Source of the DNA: Gonapodya sp. JEL0774
Taxonomy: Eukaryota
Length of the DNA stretch: 64,000 nucleotides
Direction: 5' to 3'
NCBI GenBank assembly: GCA_027604505.1
Contig: JADIIX010000040.1
Location: forward strand, 1-64,000
Part shown: positions 28,501-38,308 of the stretch, one piece after another
Layout of the letters: each line of letters begins with the position of its first letter
Numbering within the stretch: the stretch's first letter is position 1
Position numbers and translations under genes: made by a program
Notes under the pieces: generated by a model
Seen by the model: only the letters and a program-made list of their open reading frames with translations
What the model was told of the DNA's origin: nothing
The model's database searches: none

Positions 28501-29918
28501 TGGAAACGCTTGTCACGATGACTAACAACAACCCGGCGTCCCTCATCTTCCTCGTCGTCAGACTAACAGCCACCAACGCAAAGACGATATTGAACGTATG
28601 TCCCAGAACCAACCACAAGTCCGCGGGCACTCACGGAATCTGCACCACCCGCACCTTTCTTCCACCTCGATGACGCTCCCTTCTTCATCTCCCCATCTGA
28701 GTCTTGCCCACCAGCGCGCTTATCCCCGTCCTCGTCTTCATCCGAATCTTCCTCGGTCTCACTCTCTGACTCGCTCTCCGATTCCGACTCCGAATCTCGG
28801 CCTGCAGGCTTTTTGAGCCACTTGGACGCTGCTGCCGGCTTCTTGGGGGCGGGTTTCGGATCGTCCGACTCGTCACTGCTTTCGTCGGAGGCCTCGTCGT
28901 CGTCACTGCTTTCCGAGTCAGCACCAGCAGATTTTTTGAGCCATTTAGAGGGTACTGCGACCGGTTTATTGGGTGGAGTAGGCTTCTTGACCGCCGCTCC
29001 CTTGTTTACCACCGGATTCTCCTCTTCGCTTTCGCTTTCTGACTCTGTCTCCTCGCTACTGCTAGACTTCCCTCCAGCAGACTTCTTGAGCCACTTGCTT
29101 CGGCCGGCGCTGGGTTTCGCTGTTGAAGGTTCTGGCTTCTTCCCTCCAGAGAGGGCTGGTACGGATTGTTTGCCTGCAGGCTTGGCGGCAGTTGTGCCCT
29201 TCTTGCCAGGGAGAGGTTTGGCGTCCTCCTCAGACGACTCATCGTCATCCGATGATTCGACCTTCTTGGTCCACTTCGAATGAACTGCGGCTGGTTTCAC
29301 TGGAGCGGCGGCTGGTTTAGCGGGTATGGGCTTTGCCGCCGCGGGTTTGCTAGGTTGCGCGGCAGGCTTTTTCGTGAGTTTTACGTCCTCCTCTGATGAT
29401 TCCTCTTCTGAAGACTCCGATTCCACCTTCTTGGCAAACTTTGCAGGAACAACAGCAGGCTTTGCCGGAGTAGCAGCAGGTTTTGCACTAGTAGTCAGTT
29501 TTGAGGGTGCTGCTGATTTTCCAGCAGCTGCAACAGCAGGCTTCTTGGCTTGTGGTGTGGCTCTAGCGGACGGGGTGTCCGAATCCTCATCCTCATCCGA
29601 TTCATCGTCCTCTTCGGACTCCTCCTGCTGCTTCTTTGAAGGCATTGGAGCAGGCTTTTTCGCAGCTGCGGCGGGAGTCGCCACAGGTTTCTTAGCCTGG
29701 AGGAAAGTCTTCTTGGGCGCTTCCTCTTCACTACTCTCCTCACTTTCCTCGCTTTCGTCTGAGTCCGAATCCACCTCCACTGGTTTCTTTTGAGGAGGGG
29801 CTGGTTGTTTCTTGGCGGCGGGGGTGGATGCTTTCACTGCAGGCTTCTTGGGTTGTTCATCCTCAGACGACTCGGACGACTCCTCAGCCTTCGCGACGCG
29901 TGCGGGGCGAGGTGGCAT
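25572..29918 (-). CDS. NIP1: Translation initiation factor eIF3 subunit c (Nip1) with a long low-complexity N-terminal extension
   Basis: [83 protein letters not shown] and GPPE..RDH PCI domain. Intron 28563-28634 joins the repetitive first exon in frame. Confidence 0.92.
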
Positions 29919-30307
29919 TATAAGCTTGGAAACCCGATGTACGGAATGAATATGATGTGTAATTCGACTGTCCAGATGTTGTCAACGAACTGAATGGAGA
30001 CCAGAGAGCGGGCGAGTAGCAGTTCCGATTCAGCACGCGGTTCGAGCCTCGGTTTGGCCCGCAGTCAACAATAAAACAGAGGCTTCTCACTTAGATTGTC
30101 GTCAAACTTGATGGATCCCGATGCCCTTGTTCGACACTCTGGCTGATCTGTGTGTATTTGGGTCTGTGCAGAATAAAATGAAGTGCGCAAACACCACCTA
30201 AGAGCGACTAAAGTCATACCAACAATCTTGTGCGAACCCTTTTTCGGAAATTTTGCTCAGTCCTTTCTCGCTGAATTATAATACTGAGTCGCTCCCAAGC
30301 CTCTCAC

Positions 30308-31411
30308 ATGAGACAAAACGAAATGCAAAAGACCGCTAAAGCGTGCGCTCACCTACAAACTGTCGTTGGAGTTACTCCGTATGAGCTTGCTGCAGCATAC
30401 GACGTACATCTCAGCACCATCTATAGTTGGTTGGAGAGGGCGCGTGGTAGCCCTGCACCCACATACGGTCCTCCGAATCGAAGTGGTCGAAGGACCAAAT
30501 GCAATCCAGAAATAGAGGCCTTTGTATGTGACTGGATGGTTGCCGATGCAGCCCGAACGCAACGGGAAGCCGCCACGATGGTGCTCGAGCGGTTTCATGT
30601 CTCGGTATCACAGCAAACCATTTCAAACATCCTGAAAAGAAACTCGGTGACAAGGAAAAAACTATCCACCGTGTACTCAGAGCAAGCTGGCCGCGAAGAG
30701 GAAGTGCTTACCTACAAACGTGAAATGTCAGCTGTCCACCACGAAATGTGGATGGCTATGGATGAAAGTGGTTTCAAACTTAATGAGGTCCCCCACTACG
30801 GCTACTCGAAGCGGGGAACACGTGCCACTGAAAGAAAACCAAACTGTTTCTCCGCAAATTACAGTCTTCTCTTGACATTGCGGTGGACACGTAATTATTA
30901 CGCCCCAGTGGCAATGGAAACCACAGATAAGGCGTTAGCGCGCGCCGCTAGACACTTATTGGATCCACTACCGGAATCACCAGTTGTTTGTTGGTCACTT
31001 GTTAAAGGTTCGGTAAATGCGGTTGTGTTTCAAGAATACTTGGCAAAGGGTATTGGACGCAGTGTAGGCGTTCAGCCTGCACTTGCTCTTGACAACGCAA
31101 GGATACATCGAGCAACAAAAGCCTGCCTCGAAAATGGAATACCAACAATCTCGGAAACGGCTGCAGCAATAAACCTAAATCTGAAATATTTGCCTCCTTA
31201 TTGTCCATTTCTTAATCCAGTGGAACACGCATTTAAGCTTATTAAAAACGATTTTGTTCGCCGGGCTCGTCCGCGTACAGAAGCACAACTGCGGGCAGCA
31301 ATTTCAAAAGGCATACAATCGCTGACATCTACCAAGGTCAATAGACTTTTTGAGCACTGTTTCTTACGTTCAAAAATGCCAGTGATTACGTCGGGCAACA
31401 ACAATTCATAA
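30308..31411 (+). CDS. IS630-Tc1-mariner superfamily transposase (HTH + DDE), intact ORF
   Basis: Two HTH-like segments (ELAAAYDVHLSTIYSW; TQREAA..VSVSQQTISNILKR..TRKK) and catalytic motifs MDESGF, LDNARIH and YLPPYCPFLNPVEHAF. Confidence 0.92.
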   Translation: MRQNEMQKTAKACAHLQTVVGVTPYELAAAYDVHLSTIYSWLERARGSPAPTYGPPNRSGRRTKCNPEIEAFVCDWMVADAARTQREAATMVLERFHVSVSQQTISNILKRNSVTRKKLSTVYSEQAGREEEVLTYKREMSAVHHEMWMAMDESGFKLNEVPHYGYSKRGTRATERKPNCFSANYSLLLTLRWTRNYYAPVAMETTDKALARAARHLLDPLPESPVVCWSLVKGSVNAVVFQEYLAKGIGRSVGVQPALALDNARIHRATKACLENGIPTISETAAAINLNLKYLPPYCPFLNPVEHAFKLIKNDFVRRARPRTEAQLRAAISKGIQSLTSTKVNRLFEHCFLRSKMPVITSGNNNS

Positions 31412-31453
31412 TTGAGCAGACTGTGATCTTGAAAACTGATTGCTTTTGCGAAG

Positions 31454-32804
31454 GTGTCTGCGCCACACTTTTGGACATCAAAGAGCCCTCTTCTGGCCAT
31501 TGTTTTCGAACATCCCTCTTCTTTTCCAATGGGGTGGCCCCGTCTGGTGGTAGACCTCCACCAGAAGGGCGCCCTGGCCCTCTTTTCGACGCTGGACCAA
31601 ACTGCATTCGCGGACCTTGTCCATGACGCAGCTCTACAGCGCGGACTTCCTCCCCAGACTCAAGCCGTTGGCTACGTCGATGCCTCCCCCCTTATCTACC
31701 GCCTTGCAGCGACTGCAATGGTAGCAGGAACACTGGAGGTTTGGACGGGACTGTTTCACCTTGGCGAGAACTTCACTGTGGAGGTCAAGGACCACATAGT
31801 TGATCGTTGGGCAAACCATTACGCTAGCAAACTCTATGACACCATCAACGCGACAGTGCCAATCGATTCTCCACTAATTAACGAGCTCCATGTCTTTGTG
31901 GAACGTCGTGAAGCACGGGGGTTCCACAACAGCAGTGACGTCTCTCAGTCTGGTCGCACTGCATTCCAAAGAGCGAGATCCATAACCAAGAGTGCCTCGA
32001 CTTGGTTGTCTCACATGTTCAAGACACTTTACCATGTACCTCTGTACCGACCCAATGCTGACACTTTGTGTTGTAAGTCATAACCCTTTCCCAAAATCGG
32101 AGTACAATCAAACTCACATGGAGCCAACAACAGGTGACCCACCACCTACTTTGAAGACGACGGTGTCTCATCTTGCCAGGGCCGGCTCTCGGCTTCCGGA
32201 CTGGTTTCTCATACCCGTTGTTCAACGTCTCGCAGTCTTGTCGGGAAAGATTCGGATTCGTATGGTCGAAGGAATTGCCGACGAAGCCGCTGCGGCACAA
32301 GGTACTGCCTGACCTTTTCTTGTTGACCTGACTCGGTGATGTGAACCGCTGTGTATTCCAACAGCTGTGCTGGACATACGACCGGTGGTCAAGTTTGCAC
32401 TATCCTCTGACACAGACTGGCTGGCAGCCGGAGTCGACGGGCGGTTTGATCTGTTTTTTTCACCAACAAGTCCGAGGAATGAGCGTTATCCTGGTCTGGA
32501 TGGCAGACCGTACTGGGTTCGACCTGCCGCGGTGGTGCAGACGCTATTTCCAAACGGGAATCCAAGGGCGTTTGTATTCTGTGGACACTATGCCGGAACA
32601 GATACAAGCCCAAGAAACAAGACGGTGAGATGAGAGCGTCAGTCAGCGGTTCGAAAAAGGACCACTAATCGTCGTTTCTGTGTTGCGTCTTTGTAGAGTC
32701 GAAGAGTCCTTTTCTCGTTTTTCGAACATCTTGCACGGTCCGAAGTACCAACAACTCTTGACGAGTTTCACTCTTATTTGGTTGCCCGTCCCACGTTTGG
32801 CTAG
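31454..32804 (+). CDS. Spliced unknown coding segment inside the element (separate ORF, or linker of a transposase-Fanzor fusion)
   Basis: Phase-compatible introns 32073-32133, 32302-32364 and 32625-32696 link open frames. The frame ends at TAG 32802-32804, which is in frame with the Fanzor ATG at 32847. No recognisable domain. Confidence 0.55.
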
Positions 32805-32846
32805 CAGGAGACACGATCTTACCTGCATGCAGACACCGTTGACATA

Positions 32847-35800
32847 ATGGCCGCAAACCGAGAAGAACTCCGACACGTCATTACCCGAATGATCCCCACA
32901 TTAGACGATTTACAAAGTGGTCGCGTCTCCTACCCCTCTTACGCTGACACCATGCAAATGGAAGAGTGGAGATCTGCGAGTAGGTGCAACGAACCATCGC
33001 GGCTGGAGCAGCATATTGCTCAGACCAGACAGGGGTCAACCGGTAGTGACGACATTGTGTCCTGCCGTCCTGGGGTTCTGGCGCTTTGTATCCAATTTTG
33101 CGAGGTACTGTCGTGGCAGATTAAGAATTCAACTGTCACGTTATTCTCACCCATTTGCAACCGCCACCAGAAATCAGGAAGGGACGTGCCCTCATACCTG
33201 AAAGCGCATCTTGGTTCTCGTAACACCCGGTCACCAAGCAATCATCGTACACTCACAAAGAGACAGGTCCTTGACGCTGCTCGTTGTGTGAGAGAGAAGG
33301 TTGCGAGAAGGCGTGCATTGAAACGACTCTCATATCGCACAGAACTTGGAATGCAATGGACATTCGTGAACTTTTGCCGACAGGCGCCTCAGAATGTTTC
33401 CGCAGCAGTCAGCGGGCACATTGCCTCTGCTGATCTCTTGTCTCTTCGCAACGACACACACTTCGGCATGTTTCTGCAGTATTCCATGGACGGAATGACA
33501 CTTGACCATTTTGCAAGCATGTGCAAGGCCGTCCAGATTGCCATTGTGCAGATGTATGCGTATTGGAAGCAACCTCGGGTCACCGCCAACAGTCGAACTT
33601 GGACAGATTGCGTAGCAGACTTGAATAAGTTCTCAGCGATTGCTCCTGCGAGTGATGGCGAAGATGTCGAGATAACATACCCTGAGGCCCAAAATACATT
33701 TGCTGGTGAGTTACTTCAATCGGTTTGACAACCCTCACATCCAATATTCGGTGCTGATACTTGTTTTACATGGTCTACCTGTCTGTTGGCTTTTTCCCAC
33801 CAAGACGTTTCCACGTCGAACACAAAGCGGAAGACTACTCACATCGCCGAAGGAGACCACGAACAAGTGGACAAGAAGCGGAAGCGAAACGCAACTAAGC
33901 TTACAGAAGACGAGATCAAACGCCTGTACATGCTAGTGACAATCCCGATGACTACCTTGGACGAGCTTCTCTGTCTCCCAGACACTCTCCGGCGACTCAT
34001 TGTGGATGGGCTTATCCCGGTCCATCGTAGGCTTGTCAACGCCGCCCGTATTGGATGCACATCCACCCTACTCGTGGATTTGAGCATTGGCAGAGGCTCT
34101 TTTATCACTGGCAGTGATCTTCAAAAGTTATTTGTTGACATGTACAGTGAAACAGCAAAGGAGGAGATGTTGACGAGCATGGCAATTGACAAGCCAATAC
34201 AGCAGTTTGGCAAACATTTCGCAGGCGCTGTCATCGGCGCATGCAAACGTGCACTTCCACGATTGAGCAAGGTATGTATTCTGTTATTTTGGTGAAACCT
34301 TTTCTCCGCGCCTGTTTATGTTGTTTCTGGATTTCAGCTGTGGTTACGTGCTGAAATCCAGAAACAAGTGGCTGGGACATCTGTTAGGACCGATATCGTC
34401 AGAGGGCTCATAGTGCTTCTCAACCGTGTCATTGCCGGTTTTCCTGGAGACTGGAGGAGTGCCCTACAAGGGCAACTGAATGACGCTGATGATCGATTGG
34501 CAGAAGGCAACGACGACAACGATTTCAACAATGGTGACACTGTGGATATTGCCGTGGACGGAGAAGACGAGTCTGACATTGAGGAGGCACGCAATGCCCT
34601 GCTGCAAGAATTGGCAGCAAAGAAAGATTTTACGACTGATGCGACACGCCTGAAGAGTCGGTTTGAACGGCTTTTTTCTGGCAAGCGGCTAACCCCAGCC
34701 GAATTATCATTCCGAAACACTTTCAACATTGATCTTGTGAGAGGGAACTCGACAAAGGCTTGGATCGCCGAAATGCGCCGGCGATTCTTACACCCAACCC
34801 TCCTTCGAAGTGGACTGTATCCAACAGACGGTGGACCGACTGATATGGGCAAGGTTGTCACGGATTCCACAATCGGCTGGGTGTTGCAGTTTGTCTATGA
34901 CATCGATCAGTTTGTTGTGCAGAGCAACCCCGATTCACCACGTGGCATTCCCCAACTCTTATGCCCTCAACCGTCCTTTTCAGGTGGCTTTGTTTCCGAG
35001 ACAGCGACCACTTTCTCAGCCATTGTTTGTGAAGCCATCCAAATTGCTGTAAAAGCTCGAGACAATGGCGACACTGTGGTGAACGGCGTTGACGTTCCGT
35101 CAGACACGTACAAACTGATTGTCGCACACGTCGAATCACGCATAGCGTCTGCTATTGCTTTGGGTTATGAGGCGATGGGGCTTGACGAACCTGCCGTCAA
35201 TCAGACTCTCTCGGAAAGGGTTGAGACTTACAATGCATTCCGCTCCAAGTGGCTCTCAGCAGACCCAACCGATCCGACTGGGTTATACAGATCCCTGCAG
35301 ATGGGTTCTGACAGTAATCCTATGTTGCACCCCATGCTGATCCCGAACATCATCCAGAAAAGGGGTAATATATCCTGTTCTATCAGTGTTTACACACCAG
35401 CGCAGCCATTCCTCTTTTTTACTTTTATGCCCGGTGCGGCAACATATTTCGGAGAGCGCTGGCGTCGCGGACAGCATTTGTGGTTCAAGCACAGCTTTGC
35501 AACGGATGGACTCAATGTTCGGCTACAGGCCTTTGATCTCAACAGTTACACGTCACGGAAGAACGCTGGATATCCGGTTGGAGGGAACAATCGGTCACGC
35601 AAATCCCGCTTTACGGTGAATGATGTCTCTGGTTTTGACTTCCTTTCACTTTGATCTCACTTAGTCCTCAAAAGTCTCGTCCGGCCGATGCGTTTCTCTA
35701 TGGCATCGGTCTGCGTCCACCCAATGCCAGCTGCCGTCCAGGAACCTTGCGCAAAAGCCCACAGAGCCCAAACATCGTACCCGATCGTCCTTTTGGCACG

Positions 35801-36981
35801 ATTCCGCCACAAGACGACAAGATATTCATGGGCCCCGGTACCTCTGGCACGAGACTTTTCGGGAAGGGGCACCAGTACGTGAAGTCCAAAGGCATCTGCT
35901 ACCTATCGAAGGTGCCGGAATGGTGTCACGTTGGCAATCAAGAGTATCTCGAAGCCGCAGTCAGGGGCCGTCATGTTTATGCATTAGATCTTGGTGAGCT
36001 CGGTTAACATATTTGAGTCTGTTTGTGAGAACGATGACGATCCATTATTTCGCAGGACGAAAAAGCATTGCATATGGACAATTTGCAACATTGGAAATCA
36101 CAGCAAATGGGATTGTTCCCAAGTCCATTCCGGTCGACATTTCGTCTTCATTCAAGGACAAAATCAGTGGTCAAACGGCGGGGATGAATTCTGCCAACAC
36201 AGACATCCAGAACCAGATCAAGGACGCTGTTGTTGAGCTTTCACGCGCAAGTGCCAGAACTCTAGACGACACACGGTACAGTGATTTTACTGCGTCTGCC
36301 CAAGTTCATGGCTCGGTTGTACTCGAGCACAACTGCAGCCCCACACAACTCGGGTTTCGGGACAACCAGCATCGTCAGAACCAGAGATTTTGGTTGGGCG
36401 AGGTCAACCGTGTCCTCGCCTTGGACGATGCCTCACACATACAGGACCGGGTGGATCAAGTGCGAAAGGATTTTGACGGGCCTTGGACTGATGCAGTAGA
36501 GGCAATGATACGGACCAAAGTGACAATGGATCTCATTGCACACCCAGAGGTCAACGCTCCTATTCTGATCATAGGAGATGCACCATTTGCTCCACAGCAA
36601 CGGGGGCACCGAGGTGGCACAATTGGGTGCGCCAAGAAGTTCATTCAAATGATGACACGATTCTTTTTCGTTGTCGTCGTAGACGAGTATATGACGTCAA
36701 AGGTAAGTTTTCTCTTCTGAGCATTACTTCCAATCTGCAAAAGTCTGAAACTTTGTGCATGTCAGACATGTCCGTGTTGTCTTAACAGGCTCACACCAAA
36801 CCCACTCTACCCCAACGACATTCGCCATTGGAAATGTAGAATGTGCCAACACACCAACGGCGTCAGTCCACTTGTTGTCAACAAGGATTCAAGCGCTTCT
36901 CTTTGCTTCATCCGCATCTTTGTGTCAGTAATGTTGACTGGGTCAATACCGTCGGCATTTAAGCGCCCTGACACATCATGA
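32847..36981 (+). CDS. Fanzor1 (eukaryotic TnpB-like RNA-guided RuvC endonuclease), about 1260 aa from ATG 32847, 6 exons
   Basis: Introns 33706-33804, 34272-34337, 35616-35674 (least certain), 35994-36055 and 36703-36765. Spliced motifs: FATDG; RuvC-I VYALDLGRKS (D at 35987); IIGDAPF..RG; VVVDEYMTSK (E at 36685); zinc finger CPCC...CRMC; RuvC-III NKDSSAS (D at 36886); terminal G-SIPSAFKR. Confidence 0.85.
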
Positions 36982-37150
36982 AATCACCCGTACAACATAT
37001 ACGGTTTCTACGGTAAGTTTTTTTTGAGCACTGGACTGTGAGTGTCTGACTTAACATATTTTTCTGGTCTGCTGGGGACTTTTTTGCTTGGTCAATTTTG
37101 CTGGGTTGTTTTTGCTCGGTCGATGACAAAACACCCCTTTTTGGGATTCT
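36982..37150 (+). ncRNA. Candidate Fanzor omega-RNA (fRNA) scaffold region
   Basis: Lies directly 3' of the Fanzor stop. Hairpins 36988-37004 (CCGTA/TACGG) and 37103-37137 (GGGTTGTTTTTG/CAAAACACCCC). Position is as known for Fanzor omega-RNAs; no expression data. Confidence 0.4.
37082..37121 (+). repeat. Three tandem 12-mers at an exact 14-nt period (TTTTGCTTGGTC, TTTTGCTGGGTT, TTTTGCTCGGTC)
   Basis: Copies start at 37082, 37096 and 37110. A fourth copy, TTTTGCTCAGTC, is at 30251-30262. Confidence 0.7.
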
Positions 37151-37251
37151 CATGTAAATACTTGTTTAGCTGTAGATAAGGCAGTGCACACAAATAAAGG
37201 GGCGGGGCGCCTCAAGAGAAAAGTGGCCAAGCGTAACTTATCGCCTAACGA

Positions 37252-38053
37252 ATGCGTGAGCTCAAGTTCCACGAGAAGAAGCTTCTCAAGAAAGTCGATT
37301 TCCTGCAATGGAAGGGTGACTCCACCCTGAGGGAAGCGCAGGTGATGCGTCGGTATCATCTACAAAGGAGAGACGACTATTTGATGTAAGTCGAGCTTCT
37401 TCTTTGCGGAGCTTCCTGCCCCCAGCATAGCGACGACCAAGCTAACTGTTTTTTGTCACCGTTATTGGGTACCCAGGTACAACAAGCTTTGCGGACAGAT
37501 TCGCAAGCTCGCCAACCGGATATCACTTCTTGACCCACGCGATCCATTCCGTGCGGAACGAGCGGACGCGCTATTGGAGAAAATATACCAGATGGGCCTC
37601 ATCACATCCGCAAAGAAGGGGTTGAGTGAAGCTGATAAGGTCACAGTGTCCGCGTTCTGCAGGTATGTGTTGTAGGTTATGAGTCGCTGCGACTATTGCA
37701 CTCAGAAACCAGTCGATGGTCGTAGGCGGCGTCTGCCTCTCGTTCTATGTAGATTGAAAATGGCGGAAACGGTGAAACAGGCGGTCACTCTCGTGGAGCA
37801 GGGTCACGTTCGGGTGGGGCCCGAAACTGTAACGGATCCAGCGTACCTCGTAACGCGGACCATGGAGGACTTTGTGACGTGGGTGGACACTAGCAAAATT
37901 AAGAGGAAGGTCGCGACGTATAACGATCAGGTAAACTGCTGTTAGTGTCTGGTTGTGCTTGTCTCTCACTGCTCACATTTGTCCTCCTACCGCCACGTCA
38001 CCCCCACCAATCCTACCTAAACCTTACAGCTCGATGATTACGAGCTTATGTAG
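37252..38053 (+). CDS. IMP3: U3 snoRNP protein Imp3
   Basis: [75 protein letters not shown]. Confidence 0.95.
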
Positions 38054-38308
38054 GAGGCAACACCTGCATATTGCTCTTCGGCTGCGATTTGCATTCGCAT
38101 TATTGACCCTGATTCTTCGATCATGCACCATTCAGAACATTCAGATTGACATACCTTTTCTGTACAATAATTGTAGTTAGGCTCTATGTTGCATTATCAG
38201 AGATTATTTTCGAGTTGGGGGGTTTCCGAGAATTCCACCCTTCGACTGCAGCTGCTGCATTTGCCATCGGTGCTTGCCATCAGTAGTGGTTGCAACTGCC
38301 CAACGACA

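Larger units (their letters stand above)
30200..37150 (+). mobile_element. Composite Tc1/mariner-Fanzor element (boundaries approximate; no clear TIR or TA duplication found)
   Basis: Co-oriented DDE transposase and Fanzor lie between the divergent housekeeping genes eIF3c and IMP3. A TTTTGCTNRGTY motif occurs near both ends. Confidence 0.75.

Noticed and set aside
30008..30062. tRNA-like element: GCGGGC/GCCCGC closing stem with B-box-like GGTTCGAGCC
   Set aside because: Only 55 nt, with no convincing D, anticodon or T stems; it lies in the eIF3c upstream region. tRNAscan-SE would settle it.
30308..31411. Bacterial contamination as the source of the intronless IS630-like ORF
   Set aside because: It is contiguous with intron-containing eukaryotic genes, and the adjacent Fanzor has host-style spliceosomal introns.
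37082..37121. CRISPR-like array next to the Cas12-like gene
   Set aside because: The repeats are 12 nt with 2-nt gaps and no spacers, in a eukaryotic context; recorded as a simple tandem motif instead.
30109..37153. Putative TIR pair TGATGGATCCC / GGGATTCTCA
   Set aside because: Short, needs a gap and a mismatch, and has no flanking TA duplication; compatible with chance.
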